The notes under the pieces were generated by a model. The model was not told where the DNA came from, made no database searches, and worked only from the letters and a program-made list of their open reading frames with translations. Below, one piece after another: positions 1-9,341 of a DNA stretch of 64,000 bases. The stretch's first letter is position 1, and every line of letters begins with the position of its first letter. The DNA comes from Marsupella aquatica. Its lineage: Eukaryota > Plantae > Marchantiophyta. The position numbers were made by a program, and so were the translations under genes. Where the stretch lies: positions 14,015,934 through 14,079,933 of the forward strand of contig OZ316899.1 of assembly GCA_973895155.1 (NCBI GenBank). Direction: 5' to 3'.

Positions 1-150
1 TCTGATGAAAGTGTTTATGAAAATGACCACTCAGCCTAAATACTTCCAAGAAGGCTTGTAAGGATAAGTTTTTATAGGCATGTACCCAGCCACTGACGCC
101 AGAGCAGAAGATAAGTGCTGCCTATATAAACTCGCCTACCCAACTCCTTT

Positions 151-903
151 TCAAAATTGGAATCTCTGCAATCTCAAAAAATAGTACATCCACATCAGGT
201 GCACTGTGCATGTACAATGTTTAGCTTCACAGCCAAGATATGTGATCACAGGAGTGCGTGAGGTAGGATCAATGGCATGGCGATGACAATAAAATATCCA
301 TCGATCAACACCATGTGCAGAGTGATCATAGATTTCTCTGTCACAAGCATAACCCTCTGCTTGATGATCTTTCAGGCAATGATAGTGCCACATAGTGGGA
401 CACCTAGCACAGTGGACTATGTCAGTCCAGTAGTCATCATCATGCTCACCACATGCCTTGCACCTATGAAGTGGGCAAGCTGTGGCATGAGCAGGCAAAC
501 ACTCAAAACAGAAAAATCTCACACAAAAACGGTCTGGACATTTCCTAACATTTGCTGCAGCATCAACAGAGCCCTCATAGGACCCCAACTTCCCACACTG
601 TGCACACTTAGCCTGCTTCTCCAAACAATCAGTGCACATCCAGTCTCCCTGGTGTGTTGACGGGAGGCCCACCCCTGGACAGTTGTTTTCTGCAGCAAGG
701 TCAGACTCCGGGTTGAGGTGGAAATGCCTCATGCAAGGGCCCTCACAAATGACCAGGCCCCCACCATCGTCACAAATGGCACAACAATGAGCTGCCTTCT
801 GGAAAATCTGACTTGCAAAGAAGTTAGTAGCATCTGCCCCAAGTACACCTCTGTTTCTCACCTCTGTCACACGCTTTTTGGCTTGAATTTTAGGCCGTGC
901 CAT
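151..903 (-). CDS. EDM2/NSD-type tandem PHD-finger protein (stand-alone PHD module or one exon of a larger gene)
   Basis: 250-aa ORF with CAICDDGGGLVICEGPCMRHFH, WMCTDC..CAQC, CPLHRCKAC, HCARCPTMWHYHCL and FYCHRHAIDP..RTP. This is the motif order of the atypical PHD cluster of plant EDM2. An acceptor-like CAG (906-908, minus strand) lies just before the ATG. Confidence 0.7.
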   Translation of the reverse strand: MARPKIQAKKRVTEVRNRGVLGADATNFFASQIFQKAAHCCAICDDGGGLVICEGPCMRHFHLNPESDLAAENNCPGVGLPSTHQGDWMCTDCLEKQAKCAQCGKLGSYEGSVDAAANVRKCPDRFCVRFFCFECLPAHATACPLHRCKACGEHDDDYWTDIVHCARCPTMWHYHCLKDHQAEGYACDREIYDHSAHGVDRWIFYCHRHAIDPTSRTPVITYLGCEAKHCTCTVHLMWMYYFLRLQRFQF

Positions 904-914
904 GCCTGCGCATG

Positions 915-1058
915 AGATAGACTCTACAATTTAGCAGACTGCACAGAAAGTAAAATATATTTAGCATTTAAGGTACAAAGGCATTTAGATAGACTCTACA
1001 ATTCAGCCGACTGCACAGAAAGTAAAATATATTTAGCATTTAAGGTACAAAGGTATTT
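915..1058. repeat. Tandem duplication, 72-bp unit x2
   Basis: AGATAGACTCTACAATT...GGTACAAAGG(C/T)ATTT starts at 915 and again at 987, with about 3 mismatches. Confidence 0.9.
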
Positions 1059-1848
1059 GCTACTGCAATGAATTGGAATGGCCACACAAGGATGCAGAGC
1101 AGACATACATTTGGTATGTTGAGCCCACACACAAAACTGATCCCCTAATACAATTTCTCCACCAACACCTCCATTTTAATTGTGGCTATGATTCACCAAA
1201 GGAGATCTACAACAACATTTCATGCATTTGAATCACATACAATAGTTGTGACATGTAAAACAGGCATTCTTCGAAGAGGATTGGTATGAAGCAGTGTCAT
1301 AAGGGTTGAAATTTATACATCCTAAATAGGCTATGATAGTGGCTGAGACAAATAAGTGAGGCATAAATCACATTTTGCAGGTTATCACATGGCCCATTAA
1401 TTCATTCAACGTTGCAATGTTCACCAGGTTAAAGCAATATTAAAGCAGTCTTTCAATAGAGACTTTTAAGCGAGTTTGCTAGCCTCTTAAATTAGGATAT
1501 TTTGCTTAGTGTAGGCATAATAGGATAAGTTATGTACTGTTGACCCTAAACCCTGGACCCAAAATTGCTCATACATCAAAATTTTAAGTAAATATCCTCT
1601 ATATTGAAGTCAGAGAGTGTTAAGCTATAGGTCAATGGTATCTGGTCTGTGCATGCGGTGTGACAAGTGGTCCTCTAGAGCATGTGATCCAAACATGTGT
1701 AGACACCAAAGCCACCAGTGGTGGGGTCTGGGAGGGCAGGACAAGTGACATCACCAGGCACACTGCAGGATGGCGAGTGGTTCTAGATGATACATTGTGC
1801 TCTGTGCAAAAATTGGCATCCAAGAGAACGGTCATCCAATTTTGGGCC

Positions 1849-4800
1849 TGTGGTGCGTCCCATGGCTCCCTAAACCCAAGAAACCCCCCAGCTCAAGCCG
1901 ATTCCCACAGGTTTTGCGCTTGGCGAGGCCGTTTCCGCGGCTTAACGGCATGGGACGCTGCTAACCTTCTACTACTACTATTAACATTTTACACACATAT
2001 ACTGGACAGATTCTTCATCGGGTCATGAGATACGTAGCCGGCCTAATCTAGGCCTTCCCCTGTCTTCCCCTCCATCTTGTTAGGTATGTTTGGATTCCGC
2101 CGCCGGAATGATCCCCAGTAGGCTTGGTTAAGCCGCTAAGACCTCTCTCAGCTCGACACATCCAACTCTCACTCCCCTGCTTACTTTCCTTCCTTTTGGT
2201 TGATGTGGGCACTCTTCACACAAGTTAATGCGACACACAAATAGCAAAATGACTCATTCTGACTGAGTCATACCATGCACTTGCCATACAAACAGTACAT
2301 CTCATACACAAGCTCTGCGAACTAAGCCGTGAGGCCAACTCTATTCAACTCTTAGGCATGAGGAAACATGAATATACACAAGGGTCACTGTATGACTAAC
2401 CGAGAGCTTCTCGTACTACTTGATCCCAGCCCGGCTGGTGCAAACTAAAAACTTGCTAAAGAAGAGGCCCTGAGCTCCCCGCTGCCCAGGTACTTATCCT
2501 GGTAGTGGATCCGCCATTCTTTGCATCGTAAGCCTAATCTACTTAACAGTAATCTACTTGCCCGAATCTACCTATGTACAGCAAGGCAGGAGCACAAGTG
2601 TTGCTCCTACCAGTGGGACCGCAATCCCACTAAGCTAAGTGTCAGGGCCGCTCCTGGTCCTGATCCTAATCTTAAACTTGGAGATCAGCGCCCGCCCTGC
2701 CCACTCACGCCTCCTCCCTCCACGTCCGCCCTCCCTAAAAGGAACGGCGCCCTTGCACCGTCACGACACCGGTGGTGGATCCTTAATGGACGCCCCCAAT
2801 GCTTCCTCCTCAGCCACTGCCGTAGGTTTATTTTCTGACAGATTACCTGCCCTTGACTGAGTCAACTCTCCATCGGCCTGACTGGGTCCACCATCGGCGT
2901 CGGCATCGGCTCGGGAATCGGTTACGGCCTCAGCCTCGGCTACGGTCTCCCCGGCCTGCTCAAGAGGCGGATCTGGAATACCGGCCTCATTACTGAGTAG
3001 TTCGGCTTGGGCCGCACCACCCCCACCTGTGATGATAGCGGGATCTATTGCCGTATTCATGCCGGAGGATGGTGCTGGTTCTACCTCCTTGGTCACCACG
3101 GCTTGTGGAGTCGGATTACTCCTTGACCCTGAAGGTTTCCGCTTTTTCTTCTTTTCTGGTTCGGCAGCTGGTCCCTTCCCCTTCCCACTTACTTCCGGCA
3201 CTGGTGCAGGTGGCGCGGCTTTTTCTTCGGCCAGTACCACTCCTGGTAACTTGGTTGCCCCAATTGGAGTTGGGCCTGATGAAGACAAGCACTTAAATAC
3301 TGCGGCTTGTTTCTTCAGCCGCTCCGTTTGGTTGTCGGCCCGCCGCTGGAGGTTCTCCATCTTCCTCGTGATTTCCTCCAACTCCTCCTGGGTCTCATCC
3401 AGGTCCTTGCATGCCTCCTCTAGTTCCTTCTGGGCTTCCTCCCGTTCTTGTTTCAAGGTAGTCCTCTCCTCCCGGGTTGCTCTTAGCTCCTTGTCGAGCT
3501 CTGCAATGATGACAGACTCCATCTGGTTCATCTTGGCGTAAGTCTGTTCGAGCATCTCGTCCTTCTTCCTTAGGTCGGCCTTGAAGCTGGCCGTCAGGGA
3601 CGCAAGCTCCTGCTGCAGCGCCATAATCCCTTGATAGGATTTCCCTAACTCGGCCTCCTTCTGCTCAAGGGCTCCGCGGATTTTCTTGAGCTCCCCCTTC
3701 AACGCCCATTCCTTTCTTTGGGTCTCCGCCATGGCCCGGCTGTTGGCTGTTATGTGGGCCTCCTCTGTATTCTTCAGCTCTTGCTTCCACTTCTCCCTCT
3801 CTTTGATCGTGTCGGCCAACTCTCCCTGCGTCTGAGTCAGTTTTTCCTTGATATTCTGATTATCAGCCTGCGCGGTGTCCAACTGCCCCTGCATGATGTT
3901 CAGCTCATGCCGTTTAATCCGCAGTTCATCTTGGGCTTTCTTGGCCGCCCTTAGATCTTCAATCTTGGCTTCCATCCTCCTAAGCCGCCGAATGACCTCG
4001 TCCTTCTTGCTTCTCTCTAAAGCCACCGCTTCTTCTAATTGGTGCTTCTCCAATTGCTCCCTATGGAAAAAGGGTCCTACCTCCAACTCCTCTCCAAAGA
4101 TGCCGAGCGCAAGTTCCCCACACATCTCACCATACTCCATGGCTCTATTCTTAGCGTAGGTGGAGTAAGTAGAAGTGATCGGCATCGCCCATCGCGGCCT
4201 CTGCTCCCAAGCCGTCCTGCGGATCTCTTCAATCGTGGCTAGAGGTTTGCTTCCTTTTTTGGCTAGCCGCCTGATGTCCTCCGGCCAATCTCCTCCTGGA
4301 AAATCCTTTTCCCTATCCAGGGCTGGCTCCTCTTCCTGCCTGATTTGCTCCTGAAATTCCTGCACCGTCTGTTTTATGCCGTCAAAGCTCGGGGGAGCAA
4401 CATCTGGTGGGGGAGACTCAGGGCTACTCTGCTGGTTGGGGTCCCCTCGCACTACCCTTGGAAGTGTGGGGACAAACCGGCCACAGGTCCTTACTTCTGG
4501 AATGTGATGGTCCGACCCATAGCCGGAATTATCATGGCTGCAGTCCTCCACTGCCTCCTCTACTTCTTGGACGTCCGGCTTCTCCCTCTCCTCTTCGTCG
4601 GTAGGAGCTTCAGGCAATTCTGCCTCAGATTCGGAGCTTGAGATTCCCACATACATTCGAACACCTGGCTTGGATTCCGGCCTGATTCTCTCCTTGTCTC
4701 CAGCAAAGGGGTTTTCTCTTGTGAGCCGGTGTAGGCCTACCTCTGTAGTAGTGTCCTGCATTGTTGCCGTTGCCGTTGTTGTTGCCGATGCCGATTTCTT

Positions 4801-6511
4801 TTCTTTCTCCAGTAGTTTCAGCAGACTCTGCATGCCTGGTTGCTGCATCGGCAAGTCCTCCTTCCTGGGCCTAAACACCTGCTCGATCGTAGGGCTAACA
4901 GGTGGTTGAGGCTTCTCAGCCAACGGCCTCGGCGTTGGAGCTTCCTCGGGTGCCCTTACCTGCAGGGGAAGTACTGGGGCAAAAGTCTGACCTCTGGCAT
5001 ACCGGCACAACAGCGGCATGTGATAGCCAAGCCGCAATACGCTCCCCATGCCGATTACCTGCTGCTCCTCCTTTAAGATCTTCTTCAATTGGTTGAGGAG
5101 GTACCCGTTGTAGTCCCGGCTTGGGTCTGGCCTTTCTGCCAGATAGACCTGTGCTTTGCCGATCTCTGCCCTCGGCAAGTTACAATGCATGGTCACCCGC
5201 AAGAAGTCGATCATCTCTCCTATGTGCGGGTTGGTGCAGGTGTTCCGGAAGAAGCCATTCTTCGTTGATGGCCCGAGGAACGACCGGAACTCCTTGTCAG
5301 GCAAGGTCTTCCTGGTATCAACTTTGGTCTTATTGCCTATCGGCAAGCCAAACACTTCGGCAATTACCTTGGGAGTAAGATAGAAATCCTTCCCATATAT
5401 CCTCGTGCAATTGGTCTCGGGTTCCCATAACCCCACGAATTCTAATAGGTTTGACTCCGGTACCTCCGGCTTCAGCCATGGTAATCTTACAAAGGCCTCT
5501 AAGCCGGATCCGGCCATGAAGCCTTGGTACTTCTTGGTCTGCATGGCCGTAAAGCATGCATCCTCCTCCCGTGCAAAATGTAGTTGCACCTCCACCGGTA
5601 GGGTTGCCGCCCAGCCCTTCCAGGTGTCATCCCTGGTTGGAATGGCCTTGATGGGATCGACCTCCTCCTCTTCGGCTTCTCCCTGCCTCCTGCTCTGCTG
5701 CTCGGCTGGCTTCTTTGGTGCCGCCGACCTCGTTCTTTTTGCCGGGGTGGCTTCATCGTTGACGGCTCCCTTCCTCTTCATCTCTGCTGCCGTGGAGGTT
5801 TCTCCTAGCACCGTTGCCTGGGTCCACCTTTCCGTGCTACCCTTTAATTCCCAGTGTATGTCGTTGCAGTTCTTGATGGCCTCTCGGATGCCGACGACGC
5901 TGTCTTTGCAAAACAGAAGATCGTCGAGTTGATTGGAAGTAGGCGTCCACAGGAACTCGTCCTTGATGAGTTCGCCTCCTAAGAAAGTTGTCTTCTGCAG
6001 CTCCCACAATCGAGTGAGCTCCTGCCGTTCTCGACCTGCTCTTTCTGATTCCTCGTCCTCGTAAGTCTTGATGTACTCAGTTGCCCGTTCGAACAGGCAT
6101 CCCCAGAAATGTGCCGCTTGATTGACGTTGCTCATACCCTCCTTAGGTCGATCGTCGGTATCTACTCTCTCCCCGAGTGCTTGCCTAAGCAACTGACAGT
6201 AGTTGGCCTCCCGTAGTCGTCTGCCTAGTTCGTGCTCGCAAATGAGCCACCATCTCCTGCAAGCGCTCCTTACCCCTCTCCTCTGCCGGTCCTTCTTCCC
6301 GTTGATCCTTCCTAGCCGCCGACGCTTAACGTGCCCTAACCCTAATCGAGTTTTCACCCTCAGCGTCCTTACCTCCGGCCTCGGCCCGGGTTCCATGGTT
6401 GCCCCTAATTGTTTATATTTTCCTTGTTTTGTCCCTATACTAAGGTGTTCCTAGGGTGCCTTCCTGCTTTACCCACTTAACTGGCCGAGTGATTCCTGTC
6501 TAGGCATCACA
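1849..6511 (-). mobile_element. Family A copy 1: gene-bearing solo-LTR-like unit (4663 bp)
   Basis: Ends TGTGGTGCG...GGCATCACA (imperfect inverted TGTGRTGC termini). Perfect 5-bp TSD GGGCC at 1844-1848 and 6512-6516. Collinear with three other copies in the window. No gag/pol. Confidence 0.93.
2761..6396 (-). CDS. LTR-encoded accessory protein, 1211 aa: PMD/Athila-ORF1-like domain, acidic linker, long coiled coil, Lys-rich NLS-like tail
   Basis: Uninterrupted ORF. The motif GLEAFVRLPW...LLEFVGLWEPETNCTRIYGKDFYLTPKVIAEVFGLPIG resembles the W.PET...T...V....GLP..G core of the plant mobile domain and the EF....G....I...LGLP core of Athila-type extra ORFs. E/K/L heptad region of about 250 aa. 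The true start could be the downstream MSNVN ATG. Confidence 0.8.
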   Translation of the reverse strand: MEPGPRPEVRTLRVKTRLGLGHVKRRRLGRINGKKDRQRRGVRSACRRWWLICEHELGRRLREANYCQLLRQALGERVDTDDRPKEGMSNVNQAAHFWGCLFERATEYIKTYEDEESERAGRERQELTRLWELQKTTFLGGELIKDEFLWTPTSNQLDDLLFCKDSVVGIREAIKNCNDIHWELKGSTERWTQATVLGETSTAAEMKRKGAVNDEATPAKRTRSAAPKKPAEQQSRRQGEAEEEEVDPIKAIPTRDDTWKGWAATLPVEVQLHFAREEDACFTAMQTKKYQGFMAGSGLEAFVRLPWLKPEVPESNLLEFVGLWEPETNCTRIYGKDFYLTPKVIAEVFGLPIGNKTKVDTRKTLPDKEFRSFLGPSTKNGFFRNTCTNPHIGEMIDFLRVTMHCNLPRAEIGKAQVYLAERPDPSRDYNGYLLNQLKKILKEEQQVIGMGSVLRLGYHMPLLCRYARGQTFAPVLPLQVRAPEEAPTPRPLAEKPQPPVSPTIEQVFRPRKEDLPMQQPGMQSLLKLLEKEKKSASATTTATATMQDTTTEVGLHRLTRENPFAGDKERIRPESKPGVRMYVGISSSESEAELPEAPTDEEEREKPDVQEVEEAVEDCSHDNSGYGSDHHIPEVRTCGRFVPTLPRVVRGDPNQQSSPESPPPDVAPPSFDGIKQTVQEFQEQIRQEEEPALDREKDFPGGDWPEDIRRLAKKGSKPLATIEEIRRTAWEQRPRWAMPITSTYSTYAKNRAMEYGEMCGELALGIFGEELEVGPFFHREQLEKHQLEEAVALERSKKDEVIRRLRRMEAKIEDLRAAKKAQDELRIKRHELNIMQGQLDTAQADNQNIKEKLTQTQGELADTIKEREKWKQELKNTEEAHITANSRAMAETQRKEWALKGELKKIRGALEQKEAELGKSYQGIMALQQELASLTASFKADLRKKDEMLEQTYAKMNQMESVIIAELDKELRATREERTTLKQEREEAQKELEEACKDLDETQEELEEITRKMENLQRRADNQTERLKKQAAVFKCLSSSGPTPIGATKLPGVVLAEEKAAPPAPVPEVSGKGKGPAAEPEKKKKRKPSGSRSNPTPQAVVTKEVEPAPSSGMNTAIDPAIITGGGGAAQAELLSNEAGIPDPPLEQAGETVAEAEAVTDSRADADADGGPSQADGELTQSRAGNLSENKPTAVAEEEALGASIKDPPPVS

Positions 6512-7802
6512 GGGCCAAAAGCCCTACAGGGAGGACAGTCATATTGGCAACTGTGCACACACCCTTGGCACCTAATTTGTGGCGGGTCATGTACAAGAGA
6601 CACAAATACCAAGGATGTTGGGAAGGGTACTGAAGCAGGTAGAGGCCGGCTGTAGTTGTTCCTGGAAACAACAGGGTACTCAAAGTACCATGCAGACTGG
6701 GCTGGAAGGATCCCAAGTCTAACATACTCAAGGCGCAACATCTTTGCCTTGCGTGCAAGCCGCACATGTTCAGCGTTGCGGGTCCTCACCATAAGTGTTG
6801 CTTTTGTTGTGATGTCCTCTATTCACGTCCTTTGATGAGCAAGGCGAGCAGGAGGTTGACTTGCCTCGCCAACAACAACCAACCTAAACTAATCAGTTCC
6901 CACTCACTGTCTTGGTTCCCACTACAGGTCATAGTATACACATAGCATGAAACATGCATAGTACATATTTGATTATGAGTTTATGAGTTTCCTAAGACAA
7001 AGAGCTTGGTGATAAACCCATGTTCTCGACGTACATGTATATCAATCATATTAAAATCCTATTTTTTCATCCAGAAAGACCAAAAGTCTCACCTTGCAGG
7101 TTGCAGCAGAGAGAAAATTCACTGGCTGTCGTGTTGTGCAAGTGAACCTCCACTGATGCCCCCGGTGTAGCCCCTCAGATGCAGGTGACACTTACCAACT
7201 CCCAAGTTGCCTGGTCTAACAGAAAATGCTTATATCTTCATAACTTTATAGAGCAAGTACATGATCACATACTTCTGGATCTATTCATATTTGGAACTCT
7301 TGCCAACTACAACTCCCATTATGCACAAGCTCACATCAACAGAGAAAGATACAGAATGCATACTTACTATGGCTCTAAGCACCTTCACTACCTTGTTGAA
7401 CCCAGTCCTGAAGTCTTTTTAGCGTGTTTGTTGTGCTGTCTCCTTCGGCACCCAACACCTTAGTCCTTGATGTAACAGAATGCGATTTTACAAGTTTGAT
7501 GCTTTGGAACCTTCTATGGTCTTAGCTGAATTGATATCATTGTAAGTGGTGAAAGACAAGGAATACAAAAGCTGGTTGAAGAGCTGTGGACAACACACTA
7601 GCATGAAGTGCTTCAACCAATCCACTGCCAAACGGAACTCTTACACAGTCACATTCTTTCAGTAAACAGAAACTCAGTCAAACTTCATAATCAAAGTACA
7701 GACTCTAAAGGACCAAAGGAGGATGTTGTGAGTTTCTCTGTTGTTTAATGTGTTATCCTTCTAGTTTCAAAGTTAGCAAATGTTGAATAATGTGTCTACC
7801 AG

Positions 7803-8144
7803 ATCTTCGAAAAGAAGCCCACCACAATTAAGAACTTCGGTATCTGGGTGAGGTATCAGAGTCGTATAGGTTATCACAACATGTACAAGGAATATCATCA
7901 TACCACGTTGAATGGAGCTGTAGAGCAGATGTATGATGAGATGGCTTCTTGTCATAGAGTTCGGTTCCCTTGCATCCAGATCATCAAGACTACGACAGTC
8001 CTTGTCTCTCTGTGCAAGCGAGAAAGTACCAAGCAGTTCCATGATTCAAAGATCAAGTTCCCCTTGACGTACCGCAAGATTCAACCTCCATCGCGAAAGC
8101 TGAAGACGACTTACAAGGCCACCAGGCCCAACACATTTGTTTGA
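7803..8144 (+). pseudogene. RPL18A: 60S ribosomal protein L18a (eL20), terminal exon only, probably a decayed fragment
   Basis: After the acceptor CAG (7800-7802) it reads [31 protein letters not shown]...[12 protein letters not shown]...KIKFPL...[16 protein letters not shown]. Several normally conserved residues are changed (for example YHHTT for YRDTT, SCHR for SRHR). I found no upstream exons. Confidence 0.85.
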
Positions 8145-8864
8145 GTAGTGCGGGTGCAGGTTCCCAATTTTGAAACAATTTGGCTCATTTTATGTCCCGA
8201 GGGACTCCTGGAGTTTATGTATTGAGTTTCTAGGGCAAGATGCTTAATATAAGGAAATTCAATTTTCACTTTGTTCCCAGCTTCTATTAATTGAATATAC
8301 ACAAGCTGGAAGCAAGAAGACAAGCCACAATCTAGCATCTTAGCCAAACACATTCGTCCCGACAAAGCAAAACTACAATCACACAGTGCGAGTCGTGTCT
8401 GCACCGGCAACCCCAGTGAGACTGATCAGCATTTGGACTGCATCATTGTCTAGAGCTAGCAGTGGAAGGAATCAGCATAGCTAGCAATGGAAGGTGCAGT
8501 GGAGATAGCATGGGGACAAGGAAGGAAATGCAGGTTCCTTAAGCAAAAATATCCAAAAATGGAACAACAGGAAATGAAGAATAGGCACTGAAGCGGTCAA
8601 CTGGACAAACGTTGTAACAAGGCAGCAAGCATTGGATTAAGAAGATCCAAGGTTTCATCAGCAGAAGCAAGGTTTCATGAGCAATGGCATTGTGAGACAA
8701 ATCACTTCAGCTGAGGTGGACATCGCAACTAGAAGCTCTCACACATTAGAGCCAAAGTCACAATACACAAAACAAGGAGTCGACACAACCAACATAATTA
8801 ATGACCTTGGCTTCTTCTTATTCTCCTCCAATTCAAGTACGATTGAGACAATAGAAACTTTACC

Positions 8865-9341
8865 AAGTACCATTCACTATAGGCAGTATGGAGCCTGAGA
8901 CTACCATCATTGTTCAGAATTGAGGTGATGAAAGTGAGTTGGCATCAGTGGATACAGTGAGAGGGGAAAGATTTCAGATGTCTGGAGTTGAAGAACCCAA
9001 CAAACAGACTACCAAAATTAGAAAGAACCCAACAGATAGACTACCAGCGGAACTGACAGAGTACCGGTCTCAGGGGAGTTACAGGTCAACTTTCAAACAT
9101 AAGTGTAAGTAACCATTTCAAGGCCAAACTTTATTAACTCCCCAAAACAGAGCACAAGGAAGCAAAGGATTTAAGCCAACCCGTCAGAGTTTCAGACCTG
9201 TCAATGCAACAGCTCCCAAGTGTGCTCAGGTAAGCTTGGCTCAAAATCAGCCTCAACAGCTCCCACGCTTGAGTACCACTGATTGTAGGCAATATGGAGC
9301 CTGAGACTACCATCATTGTTCAAATTTGAGGTGAGGAAAGA
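8865..9341. repeat. Dispersed direct repeat of about 70 bp (about 8865-8935 and 9271-9341)
   Basis: Shared TAGGCA.TATGGAGCCTGAGACTACCATCATTGTTCA.A.TTGAGGTGA.GAAAG. Confidence 0.75.

Noticed and set aside
2-25. CTGATGA...GAAA hammerhead-like core
   Set aside because: The intervening bases do not form helix II and the motif is cut by the window edge.
3029-5932. Recurrent antisense ORFs (75-200 aa) in A copies and in pol
   Set aside because: Shadows of GC-rich coding sequence, repeated only because the elements are repeated.
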